A stretch of DNA of 64,000 bases from Stegostoma tigrinum (taxonomy: Eukaryota), in assembly GCF_030684315.1 (NCBI RefSeq), contig NC_081384.1, positions 31,396,935 to 31,460,934 on the forward strand, given 5' to 3'. Positions within the stretch are counted from its first letter, which is position 1, and every line of letters starts with the position of its first letter. Of this stretch, positions 13,244-25,829 are shown in pieces. Made by a program: the position numbers and the translations under genes. The notes beneath the pieces are model-generated. The model did no database searches. It saw only the letters and a program-made list of their open reading frames with translations, and had not been told where the DNA came from.

Positions 13244-14064
13244 GAGTTTTAAGAAGATTTGTAGCTCAGGTTGAGGTTCTGGATGTGAGTTTGCTCACTG
13301 AGCTGGAAGGTTAGTTTTCAGACGTTTCATCACCATTCTAGGTAACATCATCAGTGAGCCTCCAATGAAGCGCTGGTGTTATGTCCCACTTTCCATTTAT
13401 CTGGTTAGGTTTCCTTGGGTTGGTGGTGTCATTTCCTGCGTTGGTGATGTCATTTCCTGTTCTTTTTCTCAGGGGATGGTAGATTGGCTCCAAATCAATG
13501 TGTTTGTTGATGGAGTTCCGGTTGGAATGCCATGCTTCTAGGAATTCTCGTGCATGTCTCTGTTTGGCTTGTCCTACGATTGATGTGTTGTCCCAATCAA
13601 AGTGGTGTCCTTCCTTATCTGTATGTAAGGATACGAGTGATAGTGGGTCATGTCGTTTTGTGGCTAGTTGATGTTCAAATGAACATCAACTAGCCAGAAA
13701 ACGACATGACCCACTATCACTCGTATCCTTACATACAGATAAGGAAGGACACCACTTTGATTGGGACAACACATCCATCCTAGGACAAGCCAAACAGAGA
13801 CATGCACGAGAATTCCTAGAAGCATGGCATTCCAACCGGAACTCCATCAACAAACACATTGATTTGGAGCCAATCTACCATCCCCTGAGAAAAAGAACAG
13901 GAAATGACATCATCAACGCAGGAAATGACACCACCAACCCAAAGAAACCTAACCAGATAAATAGAAAGCGGGACATAAGACCAGCGCTTCATTGGAGGCT
14001 CACTGATGATGTTACCTAGAATGGTGATGAAACGTCTGAAAACTAACCTTCCAGCTCAGTGAAT
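13244..14064. mobile_element. Inverted pair of Penelope-like 3' ends (second family) in the 3' UTR of IFN copy 2
   Basis: ~13294-13677 is the near reverse complement of ~13680-14062. The right arm encodes a GIY-YIG C-terminus (EHQLARKRHDPLSLVSLHTDKEGHHFDWDN..AREFLEAWH). Flanked by tgcataat at 13236-13243 and 14065-14072. Confidence 0.85.
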
Positions 14065-14195
14065 TGCATAATCCTTACAACACTCTCATTGTTACAAAGG
14101 TACATTACATTTCTTGCAAACATAACGATATACTTTCAATGGAAATTTTTGGAATTAAATGTTCATTGTTCTGATCTGTAGCAAATATTTTCTTT

Positions 14196-17100
14196 TCAGT
14201 TTTTTCTGCTTACTTGTGCCATAATGGAATGCAGCTGTTGTAAACGGGCTCTGGTCTCAGCATGGATTATTTCCCAGGAACAGTCACTGAATTTCTGAAA
14301 AGGTAAAATATTGAAGGAAATGCATTTGAGAATGAAACGAGTTAAATGTTGGCAAACGAATTGCTTGTTAGAAAGCACACAGTTTGTTATCAATTGTCAC
14401 ACCTTGTCTTTGAGGAACTTTTCCAGTTTCCTGAAATAAAGTTGAACGGCAGAATTTCTCTTCGTTTTATAGTCAGCCCCTGATTTTCTCAGACAGTCTT
14501 GCAAACTCTCTGAGCTGTTGATCCAGGAGAAGAAGAAAGTTTTCCACCTTGTCCCAGGCCCTTGTCACTGAATCCAGGTTCACGCTGTAGACCTTGCTGA
14601 TGTGATGCAAAGTTTGATGGATCAGCTCAATTCTATCCTGAACCTGAGCAAAACACACAAGATTTGTAAAGAGAACTTTTATTCCCATTCATTTCTGGCT
14701 TTCATTAGATTAAGTAAAATTTGAATCATTCAATTATTTAAATCAATGTTTTGAAAACATGCAGAGGACATGAACAGTTGAAGTTTTTTGCACCTCAGAA
14801 TTGTCGAAGGTTTAATTGAAAGAGAAAAGATTCTGTGCGATTAATATTCAGTTTTTCCGTTAGCAAGGATCCAGGCTCAATCAAATCAGAGAGCGAAATA
14901 AGTAAATAAGGATTCAAAGCGGCATAACACACAAAGGAAGCTGAACATGTTTTTTTTAGGTAATAGTATAAGGAAAACAGGTTGACAAGGAAGCATATTA
15001 TATAATTTCCTCTGAGATATTGAGGGCATGACTGAACTATGAAGCTGTGAGTGAATTTTGCATTATTTAGAAAATAAAGGTATCAAATGTGCCAGGAAAG
15101 TAGAGGTTGATGAGAAATTGAGGAGAGAAAAAACAGATAAGGAGTTCTTAATCAGACATTGACAGCAAATGGAATGTGACAGTCATCTGCTCTGTGTTGA
15201 ATTGATCTTAGGTTGCAGTTGCAAAGAAGAAAATGAAGTAGTGCAAAATAATGCTCAAATGAGGCAAGAAGATCATGGTATTGTTGTAAACCTCAGTCCC
15301 TGTGCAATGAACAATGTTGTGATCAGAGATAATTGGAACTGCAGATGCTGGAGAATCCAAGCTAACAAAGTGTGGAGCTGGATGAACACAGCAGGCCAAG
15401 CAGCATCTCAGGAGCATAAAAGCTGACGTTTCGGGCCTAGACCCTTCATCAGAGAGGGGGGTGGGGAAACGTCAGCTTTTGTGCTCCGAAGAATGCTGCT
15501 TGACCTGCTGTGTTCATCCACCTTCACACTTTCTAATCAATGAAGAATGTTGCTTAATTGGCTTTTAACAAGGAACGATCAGAGGCAATGAAAAAGATAC
15601 AGTGAGAGTAGGGTACAGAAGCCCAGATGCTTTGATTCAGACAGGAGGAACTGGACTGTATGTGGAGTGAGAACATTGCATTGTCAACAGGCAAATTGAC
15701 TCTCGGTGACAGGCCTTCTGAGTGATCTTTGCGGCAACTCAGTAATTCAGTACCTCGTGGTAAGTAAGTATTGTAAATGCACTTCAGAGAAATAGGGCAA
15801 AATACGATGAAGTAGAACGGACAGTATGCGACTGCGCTTAAACCAGACAAAGAATACTCGAATGGAATAAAGACATAGTATGGAATGGTTGCAATGAATG
15901 GGCTGTACCTGACTCATGTATCATAGCTAAGTGATTTGCTGAGTTCTGAAACGGGAAAGCACATCAATCTGAGATAACAAGGTGTAGAGCTGGATGAACA
16001 CAGCAGGCCAAGCAGCATCAGAGGAGCAGGACGGCTGACGTTTCGGGGCGAGACCCTTTTTCAGAAAAGCACGTCAATCTGTTCATGTTCCAGACAGCAA
16101 TGATCTCATGCCATCAGTGACGAATGAATAAAATCCCATGAAGTGGTCAAGTAGAATAAAATGTGTCTCAGTGAATTGCCACAAAAGTGCATAAATGCCA
16201 CCTCTACAAATAAGCATCATATTTCTTGCTAGGCTAGCAGAAAGTGTTGATGCACCTGAAGGGTTGGTGTGTGAATATTAATCAGCCAGTTGTGTGTATT
16301 TGCATGTACTGATCTCGTGGGAAAAGCAGCTCCAAGAAAAATTTTCAAAAGAGATATGTATGTAGAGTTAAAAGGGAAGCTGTGATGTGGCCGTGGGGAA
16401 TGTCCTCGTGACTAATTTGTGAACTGATTCAGTTTTCAGCGTATTCAGGAGACAGTTTGGTAACGTGTGTGCAACGAGATGCTACATTTGTAGCAATTAA
16501 CTGTCCCCCGTGGTTCACACCTCACTCAAATCACTGAAGATAGGGAGGGACATTTTCATACGGAGGGAAGCTTCCAGGAATGAACCCAACAGGATTGGAG
16601 GGATTAGCGAAACAGAAGAAGTGAGATTGTAAGGGAAAATTAGAATGAGATAATTTGAGAAGATTTCGGGAAGCCTGAGCAATGTGAGCTTGAGAAACTA
16701 TAAGAAAAGAGATGAGGTCAGTGAGCGGGATTGAGCTTGAGCGAAACAAGATAGTTCGAGCGGCGTGATAGATAGGGAAGGTTTTTGGATGAGGTGTGGA
16801 GGTGGTCTGAGGGATGGGATCGGGAGAGGGTTTGACATCATCTCAGGGGGAGGGTTTGTCATAAGGAGATTTAAAGAACAGGAAGGGAATTAGTGAACGA
16901 GGAAAAGAGTGAAACAAAACTATGCCGATATGTTTTTACGATATTTAAAATGGGTGGTAATCATTGATGTTCAATGTCGAATGCTGTGATCGTGCCGTTA
17001 ATCTCACACGTACATTCTCTATAGTCTCCAGCTGAATAAAACCAATCGAGTTTTCACTCACCTCCAGTCCGCTGGAAAGTTTCGCAAGGTTCAACGACTT

Positions 17101-17454
17101 CGTTTTCAACGAGAACCTCTGGCTTAGGCAGTGTAGGGGAAAGGGTCCGCCCTGAGACGAGAAAACAGTCCCAGTTACTTTCAGTCCCACAAAATGAGTT
17201 ACTGGAGTATCACAGAGAGCGAATTGCACAAAAAGAAATTCTATTTCTCCCTGATCTGGCAATTAGCAAAGTAAAATCCCGGTGAGATTCAGATTCTGTT
17301 GTGGGGTCAGCTGAAACTCACCATTTCATTCAGTTTGCTCAGAGTCTCTGCGTTGAGAACTTGTTGTAACTTGCAGCCTCTCACAGCCCAGGCTCAGGCT
17401 CCCGGACACTAAGACCAGCATCACCCAGAGTCTCCAAATTCTCGCCAGAGCCAT
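14196..17454 (-). pseudogene. Type I interferon copy 2, frameshifted: exon 1A 17322-17454, exon 2 17062-17151, exon 3 14403-14643, exon 4 14196-14294
   Basis: Exon 1A is 133 bp (+1 T at ~17371) and exon 3 is 241 bp (+1 A at ~14503). Exon 2 (GGPFPLHCLSQRFSLKTKSLNLAKLSSGLE) and exon 4 (KFSDCSWEIIHAETRARLQQLHSIMAQVSRKN*) are open. The single-base insertions could be sequencing errors. Confidence 0.8.
15325..15535. mobile_element. Short Penelope-terminal fragments (inverted pair) in copy-2 intron 2; further dispersed copies at ~15968-16065, 20605-20790, 26418-26520, 30470-30677 and their duplicates
   Basis: Shared text gaactgcagatgctggagaatc..gagctggatgaacacagcaggccaagcagcatc..gctgacgtttcgggcctagacccttcatcag. 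Confidence 0.75.
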
Positions 17455-19134
17455 GCTGCACCGAGATAGCGGGGAAACTCTGACCGGAAGAATCTGATCA
17501 CGACTGGGTCTGGTTCCAACTCCTTTATTATTGATCTAAACTGGCTGCTTGTCAAGTCAAAGCGATTTCCTTAAGTGTCGAGTCCTGAGCGAGTGTCTGT
17601 GTGTGTGATCGAGCGAGGTTGGCCTGAGCTCGGAGCTGCCACTGCCTGAGCACCGGTTTATATCAGTGGGGGGACTGGCGAAGTGTCGGCATGACATTCG
17701 AAAAGTGAAACCTGTTTGTGGAAGTTTTGAACGTGGTATAAGAGAGCAAGAAAACCTCTGGGTTCTCGCTGTGTGAGGGAAGGAATCTGAATTCTGGAGA
17801 TTTCTGAAGCAGGGAGTGGAAGATCCCTGATAAATAAAACACAGCCAGAGTTCGAGGCAAACTCATAGGTCCGAGAATTTCTCCCAATATCACTGATATC
17901 ATTTTTTGGGATCTAGGATATTTTTCCAAGTTGAACGGATGCACTGATACTGTTGGAAAAATTGGTTTGATAGTTGCATTATATTTATTTCATTAAAACC
18001 ATAAACAACACGAAATGTACCTGTGAACGGAATAAAACGTTGCTTGACCTTCTCGCCTCTCTGTAACTTTTAACAAAATGAACCACAGCTTCTTCGTTCA
18101 ACTTATCATTGCTGCATGGACCGAGCGGCCTGGGACTGCATCCCCTTGTTCTTATTCTGATCGACCTCAATTTAGCCTCAGAAAACTGCCCAACCTGCTC
18201 AAACACTGTCACTGTGAGGGGTCCCCAATGACCTGTCCTTGACCCCATTTCACTTCCCTACATAATGCCCACTCAGGGTCAATTTACAAAATGCAGCCTC
18301 AGATTCCATGCTAACAGCTCTACTTTTCACTTTGTATATTCATCTCCCATAAGCAACATTTCTGGTAATTACACATCGAGACGTTTGCAGCAAATCTTTT
18401 TATTTTCTCAAACAGAAAATCGTTCCTTTGCCACTCAATATGATCAGGGCCCATTTTCCGCTCTCAAGCGCTTCCTTCGGATTCGGACCCACACTATTTG
18501 ACACCTGAGATTTCTCTGAGATCCCGAGGTGAGATTTTGATGCATAGCTCAACCATTGACACCCTCCCACTTGGAAGGAAAGTTATCTCATATTTAAGAA
18601 TTGCGTCCAGTTCCAGATACTTCCAAACTACCATTCACCCTCCCTTCTCCCCTGTCATGGGCAAGGTCAGGGAGTGAGGTCACGGCTCTGATGCTGCTCC
18701 TCCATTTGGGCGTACTCCCGAACACCTTTAGCCTAAACCTGACATGGACCAGAACACGGCTACCTCGTCACCCGATTCTAGTTTCGGAGCCCCAGTGGAC
18801 ACCACTGTCCTGAGTGTCGTGAAACCCCTCACTCATTTCAGCCAAGACCCTCTCGTCCCCTTCTAAACTCCGGGGCACACAAACCGAGCCTTGACCAACA
18901 GTTGGGCGCGAATCAATTTCAGGAATTATGCTGGTAAAACCTCTCTGTCATGGTTCCATTTCATTTTCTACCCTTCCTTACAGAAGATCCACACTGTTCG
19001 AGAAGCGATCTCAACGGATCCCTGCACAGTTGAAGCAAACACACTATTTGGGTATTCTGTTATGTTTTCATTTGTAATTCAACAATTGAAGAATCAAGTA
19101 CCAGAGCAGTCAATATAGATCAGCTGACACTCAC

Positions 19135-19266
19135 CATTTCGTGCAGTTTGCTCAGAGTCTCTGTGTTGAGAACTTGCTGTAACTGCAGCCTCTCACAGCC
19201 CAGACTCAGGCTCCCGGACACCAACGCCAGCACCATCCAAAATCTCCAAACCGTCGCCAGACACAT
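19135..19266 (-). CDS. Distal exon 1B of IFN copy 2
   Basis: 132 bp, MCLATVWRFWMVLALVSGSLSLGCERLQLQQVLNTETLSKLHEM, GTGAGT donor. Confidence 0.85.
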
Positions 19267-20308
19267 GTTGTACCGAGACAGAAGGTAGCACCGAGGCGGA
19301 AGATGAGAAAGCGGTCAGTGTGCAGTCGGAGCGGATTGTGACCCGGGAGCGACCGCCTGTGCTGCCGAGTGCTGTGAGTGTGAGCCTGGGCTCTGCTGGT
19401 TGCTCCTGGCAGCTCGAAAGGGGCACATTACATTCCAAAAGTGAAAACTGCTCCCAGGATTTTTGGAGCGCCTGGAGCAGGAGTGTGTGCTCTTTCTTTC
19501 TGAGGTAAGGAATCGAAAAGCTGGAGATTCCCGAAACTGCGGCTGGAAAATCCCGCGTCGATAATCGCAACCAGCGCTCGATTTGCAGCTGAATGTTGAG
19601 TGTGTTCAGATGATCGGGCACTGAGCTGGTGCAGGGGGAGGCTCTGTACTTGGTGGTGGGATTGGGGACTGGGTCGGGATATGTACTTGGGGCTGGATGT
19701 CCTAATCCGGATTATAGAGACCCCGTATGCGGAAATCCCCGGTGTCACGGCGCTAGTCGCGTTCCCATTTTCCAGGTTGGAGATGACAGGGAGCCCGGGT
19801 CACAGGCCTGGCTCACCGGCTGCTGGCGACTGTCTCCGCTCACATTCACCTGGCCCAGAATCCGCTCCCTCACTGGAGCAAGGTTCCCACTTCCAGCTCG
19901 GATTCGGGAGGCATTTTCAGGATCCGTATGAAATCACCAGGATCTGATCCGACTCTGAAAGTGATCCCTCTCCCTTTCCTTTCATCGCTTCTTTCTGCTC
20001 TCTCTCTCTCCCGGGAAAGTGTCTTTGTCGGTTTCTCTCTGCAAATGGACCGCGTGTCTATTTTCTCAAAAGCGAAAGTGCCGCAGGGAAAGTGACGCGT
20101 TTTGTCATTTCCGAAAGGGAGTGGAGTTTGTCAACACAGCGGGTCAGACTGAGAGGGGGCAGGACAAGGAACATGTGGGAAACTGTGAGATCCCGGGAAA
20201 GGTCCATTAAGAGTGAATTGTCTCCAAATCACTTTTACTTGGAAAGACCACCCACTCTGACAGGCCGGGTCTTTTATTTTAAATCCATTGAAATATTCAT
20301 TTTTATGA

Positions 20309-20483
20309 AACCCAAGGAAACCTAACCAGATAAATAGAAAGCGGGACATAACACCAGCGCTTCGTTGGAGGCTCACTGATGATGTTACCTAGAATGGTGA
20401 CGAAACGTCTGAAAACGAACCTTCCAGCTCAGCGAGCAAACTCACATCCAGAACCTCAACCTGAGCCTCAAATCTTCTCAAAA
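20309..20483 (+). mobile_element. Second-family Penelope 3' terminus with a hammerhead-like motif
   Basis: Matches the reverse complement of 13253-13421; contains ctgatgatgttacctagaatggtgacgaaacgtc. Confidence 0.8.
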
Positions 20484-22963
20484 TTCATTTTTATAACTAA
20501 ACGTTCCTATTTCCAGCTGGAACAGAAACTGACATTACCCGAAATAGCATTTGACAGCTTATTTTAAATTGTTGTGACAAGTATTCAAGCAAGACTGGGG
20601 TAGACAGCGGGAACTGCCGATGTTGGAAAATCTGAGATCACAAGGTGTAAAGCTGGATGAACCGATACTCCTGAAGAAGTGTCCAGATCCGGAACGTCGG
20701 CTTTCCTGCCCCTCTGATGCTGCGGTGTTCATGCAGCTCCACACCTTGTTATCTCAGATTCTCCAGCATCTGCAGTTCCCACTATCTCTGCATTTAAATA
20801 ATGCCATTTATGACCAAAGCACTCATCTAAGCACTCTGCAAAAAATAGGATTTTTTTTTAAAAATGTATTCACTTTAAAGGCAAGAAATGTGTTCGGCAT
20901 ATTGTGTTTAGCAATCTCAGAACATGTGGAATGTAGTAAGCACCTGGTTTTATGATGTTGAATGTGGGTCAGTTATTGGAATGCCAGACGGATCATTGGT
21001 ATGGCAGTGAATCGTCACCTTCCGTCAATAACTTTGTAGAAGGGGCACATCATGTTGCTCATATCACACAGGAAGACGAAAATAACAATTTGTGAGGCGG
21101 ACATAATGATCATCTAAAGAGTAATCAATCGCTGAAGGCAGGAGGAAGAATTATGCAGTTGGAGTGTAATGAGCGAAAATGTGACGGTGTCCAGATCGCT
21201 GAAATGTATCACCACATCGACAAAAATGACTTATCCCCCCCACCTGTCAATCGGTGTAAAAAAATACTACCTTATGAGATGCTCGGCAGACTTCAACACA
21301 AGCAAGATCTTCAAAAAAGACAAGGAGTGCAGATACGTGGGAACCTTGCCAGTAAGAAGTTCCGACCAAGCCAGTCTCTATCCTGTAGTGGAAAGAAACC
21401 ACCGTCCACTCACTATCACTGGGTCAAATCCTGGAGATTCCTCCCTGACAGCGCTTTGGGTCACCCTACAGCAGATGGACTGTCCCCGTGCAAGATTACA
21501 ACACTCGACCAAGACAAACGCAACCCGGGACAAGCAAGAAATGCTGGCGCAGTCAGCGACACCGCCTTCCCAGGACTGAATAACAAAAAGCAGAAAACCA
21601 TCGAGCATGTGGAACGTCATTGGAAGGAGGGAGGTGAGGAAAGGTACGGAATTATTGCTGCCACTACGCAGGATATTCGTGCAGGCTATGGGTACTAATT
21701 ATATAATGCTTGGCTCACTGCTTAAACAATCAACACTTGAGAGTAAATTCACCCGGTTAATGCTTGGAGTGATCATTTTGGCTGTTAAGAAAAGATTTCC
21801 CGTCTGGGCCTACGTTAATCGCAGTTGCGCAGATTGAAGTTGGTGAAGTTATTGAAACAATTAAGGATCTGGGGAGACTTCAGTGAATAAATGTTATGAA
21901 GGTGTTTCGGCCTTTGTGGATGCGACAAATAAGCTCATTGGTTGAATATGAGCAATCTCCACTTCAAATAGAGGTAAGGACAATTTCCTGGTCAAGGAGT
22001 TACTTATCACGAGGTACCTCCACCCCTGACAACAGCCATGACATTGAATATATTCAAGTTTATATTGAGAGATTTTTGATCTACAAGCAAACCATAACTT
22101 TATATTTAGGGACTGCAAACATGGAAAGAACAGCAGATGCAGGTAATCTGAAACATAAAACAGGAATTGGAGAAAATCAGTCGTCTGACAGCAACTGTAG
22201 CAAGAAAACAGAACTAACGTTATTATTCCAGTGACCTTCAGGAGCTAACGAGAAAAATAAATCACTGTGCTTTCTCTCCACAGGTGCTGCCTTACCTGAT
22301 GGGTTTCTGCAGAAATTTCTGTTTCTGTCAAAGGTTGTTAGGGTATAAGCTGAAATTTTGAGTGAAGGCCACAATCTGATCAGCTGCAACAGAACATTCG
22401 AAACACTTGACGTGTTAAGTGTTCACCGTTTTACATGGTTATGCGATCAAATATTTCTTTAAAAAATGTATTTATCGCAGCTGGAAGCTATTACAATTTG
22501 TAGCTGCACTCCTCACTCTGATTTTTGTTTTAAAAACGAAAGGTATCATTCTTCAACCAGTTTCTGCTTTCCCTATTTATACACGGTGACTTGGTATTCT
22601 TACACCATTATTCAAACTTCACATCAACTCTCCAATTCCATTTATCTCTCCGTGCAACCGGCTTTCCCCTTTCCTGCTCAGCCTCGCAAAATTTGTCCTT
22701 TTTTTGCTGCTGAACCGGAATACAAAATTCAACGAAAGAATCTTAACACAGAAATAAATCAGACCAGTGGAATTGAAAATGGATTTAAAGGTCTCAGGAG
22801 TGAGGGCAAATCGTGAGTTCAAAATGAACATTGGAGATGACGAGCACGAAGAGTAACAGATTGAAATCAGAACTATCAACAGCATTTATGCGCAGTGACA
22901 AAGGGTAAATGAGAGAAATCAATAATAGACATCAAATTAGTAAACGTGTAAAGTAAAAACGAA

Positions 22964-23438
22964 TTTATTTATATCAATGAGTTCGTTTTCAGTATAAAAA
23001 TTTCCAGCTTAACAAAAAATTTACTTCCCAACGTACAAATAAATAACAATATTAAGCTAATTGACACATTACATAAATTTCAATAAATTAAGACGTCTCG
23101 TCAATAAATATGAATAAATTAGCGTAACTGAGATGGGTTTCAAGATTGGCAAATAGGAGTTCACAAGTAACAAGGTCAATGTGGTTCAGAAATCACTGAA
23201 CTGGAAGTCTGATGTTCCAAAACAGACTTCACACTCAGTGAAACTTCAACATTGCATCGGGAGAAAACATCGCAACAATACATGGCAGTGAATTAAAATA
23301 AATAGTTCTGGCAACACTCCCGTTGTTGCTATTGATGCAAGTGAGAAAAAAAATTCTTACAAACATATATAAATAGTTTCAATGGAAAGTCTTTGAAATA
23401 AGTATTCATTGTTCTGGTCCGCAGTGAATATGTTCTTT
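22964..23438 (-). promoter_or_regulatory. IFN 3' UTR with AU-rich elements and polyA signal (repeated in each copy)
   Basis: Minus-strand AATAAA at 22964-22969, and several ATTTA pentamers (plus-strand taaat) at ~23040-23120, typical of unstable cytokine mRNAs. Confidence 0.7.
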
Positions 23439-25503
23439 TCAGTTTCTTCTGTTGACTTGTGCCATTATGAAATGCAGCTGTTGTAAACGGATTCTGGTCT
23501 CAGCACGGATTACTTCCCAGGAACAGTCACTGAATTTCTGAAAAGTAAGATATTCAAGTAAGTGCATTTGAAAATGAATAAATTAAATGTTGCCATGATT
23601 TACACAGTTAGTTATCAATTCTCACACCTTGTTTTTGAGAAACTTTTTCAGGTTCCTGAAGTAATGTTGAATGGCAGCATTTCTCTTTAGTTTGTGGTCA
23701 GATCCTGATTTCCTCAGGCAGACTTGCAACTCTCTGAGCTGTTGATCGAGGAGAAGACGAAAATTTTCAACCTGGTCCCAGGCCCAAGTGACTGAACCCA
23801 GGTTCATGCTGTAGATCTTGTTGATGTGGTGCAGCGTTTGATGGATAATCGCAGTCCTTTCCTGAGTCTGAACAAAACACACAAGGTTAGAAGAGACGAC
23901 TTCATTCCCGTTCATTTTGGGTTTATATTCAATTCAATAAACAAACAGCAAATAATAGTTAATTGTTCAAATCAAATATTATCACATCAATGGAAAATGA
24001 GCAATGCGAGTCTTTAAATCAATGATTAAGATGCAGGTATAAAGGGTTTATTCAGCAGAGGAAAAGGACATGACAAGTTAGAGGTTTCAGCAGCCTCGAA
24101 TTGTGCTGATAAAAGTGGAATGGAAAAGGTTCCAAACGATGAATATCCAGTTCCTCAGACAACAAGAAACAGGCTCAATCAAGTCGGAGAACTAACAAGC
24201 TAAATAGGGGTAATCGGAATATGTGCCGATTAATTAGTGTGTAACACAAAAAGGAAGCTAAACATGTTTTTGAGAAGTATTAATAAAAGAAAAGCTGGCT
24301 GGTAAGGGAGCAAAATATATGATCCCTTCTCTGTTAGCAAGGGTATCACTGAAGACTGAAACATTAATTTGAATTTACTTGCTTCAGAGAACAAAAGTGT
24401 GAAATGTGAGTAAAGTGGCAAGTTGATGATAAACCCAGTAGGAAATAAATCGACAAGGAGACAGTCATCAAGAATTAACAGCGAATAGAATGTGAATGCT
24501 ACTTGCCCTTTTTTGAATATATTCTGTGTTTGCTTTTGCAAAGTAGAAATTCGTGTAAAATCATGCTCAAAGGAGCGAGAAAATAATAAACATATCCTGT
24601 GTGGTGAAGAATGTTGATGGTTCGGAACTTGGATGTAACGTGGAAAGTGCAGCGATAGCGAGAAAGATCCTGTGAAGCCTGAGAACAGGGGCCCTTTCGC
24701 TTTCAGCCCGAACTTTCGAGAGCAGGATGGGGATTTGTTCAGTGAGAGGGTTGAGTTTTAAGCAGGCAAAGTGATTCTCAGTGACAGCCCTGTTCAACGT
24801 CAGTTGCGGCAGCCGAATGGTAAACGACTAATTCACAAAACAGTGGAGAGTGCTGCAGTGATTTTTGTCAATTCACTTCAGCTGAAATGGGACTAAAATG
24901 GACAGATGTTGACAACGCTAAAACCAAACGAAGGTACCTTGAGAGCAGTACTGACAAAGCATGAACTTGTTCACAGTGTGCCAGTCTCATGCTTTTACTG
25001 AGACCAGTTGCGGCGATTTACACAACGGATGGAAATCATTGCGGTTCAACCTCCAACGATCTGATCGTGTCGCTAATCTCACACATACATTCTCTAAAGT
25101 CTCAGTCTGAATAAAATGACTCACCTCAAATCCGTCGGAAAGTTTCACCAGATCCAAGGGCTTAGTTTTCAGTGACAGCCTCTGCCTTATGCAATGTCGG
25201 GGGAAATGACCTCCCTGAGAGGAGAAAACAGTCCCGGTTACATTCAGTCCCACAAACTGAGATGCTGGAGAAACACCGAACGGTAATTGCACAAAATGAA
25301 TATCTATTTCTCCCTCAACCGACATTCAACAGCGAGCAGACCCACTGGGACTCCGATCAGTTGACACTCACCATTTCATACAGTTTGCTCAAGGTCTCTG
25401 TGTTGAGAACTTGCTGTAACTGCAGACTCTCACAGCCCAGGCTCAGGCTCCCTGACCCCAAAAGCAGCACCACCCAGAGTCGCCAAATTCTCGCCAGAGC
25501 CAT
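23439..25503 (-). CDS. Type I interferon copy 3, intact, 186 aa: exon 1A 25372-25503, exon 2 25125-25214, exon 3 23628-23867, exon 4 23439-23537
   Basis: MALARIWRLWVVLLLGSGSLSLG|CESLQLQQVLNTETLSKLYEM / GGHFPRHCIRQRLSLKTKPLDLVKLSDGFE / TQERTAIIHQTL..YFRNLKKFLKNK / KFSDCSWEVIRAETRIRLQQLHFIMAQVNRRN*. GT-AG phase-0 introns, type I IFN YF..L..FL and C[AS]WE motifs, 4 mature Cys. Confidence 0.93.
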
Positions 25504-25594
25504 GCTGCACCGAGATAGCGGCGAAACTCTGACCGGAAGTAACTGATCACGACTGGATCTGCTTCCAACTCCCAAAACAGTCCCTTTTTCACTG

Positions 25595-25721
25595 ATAATG
25601 GGAACTGCAGATGCTGGAGAATCCAAGACAATAAAATGTGAGGCTGGATGAACACAGCAGGCCCAGCAGCGTCTCAGGAGCACAAAAGCTGACGTTTCGG
25701 ACCTAGACCCTTCATCAGAGC
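25595..25721 (-). mobile_element. Short Penelope-terminal fragment in the exon-1A 5' UTR (also copy 6, ~49620-49747)
   Basis: Matches the PLE terminus; absent at the equivalent site of copy 4 (~33815) and copy 2. Confidence 0.85.
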
Positions 25722-25829
25722 AGAAGCGGTTTCCTTCAGTGTCGAGTCCTGTGCGACTGTCTGAGTATATCTGCATGTCTGACAGAGCGAAGTCGGCCTG
25801 AGCTGGGTGCTGTGACCGCCTGAGCGGCC

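Noticed and set aside
21153-21698. 181-aa plus-strand ORF
   Set aside because: Overlaps LINE-like remnant sequence, is not preserved in sister units and has no recognisable motif.
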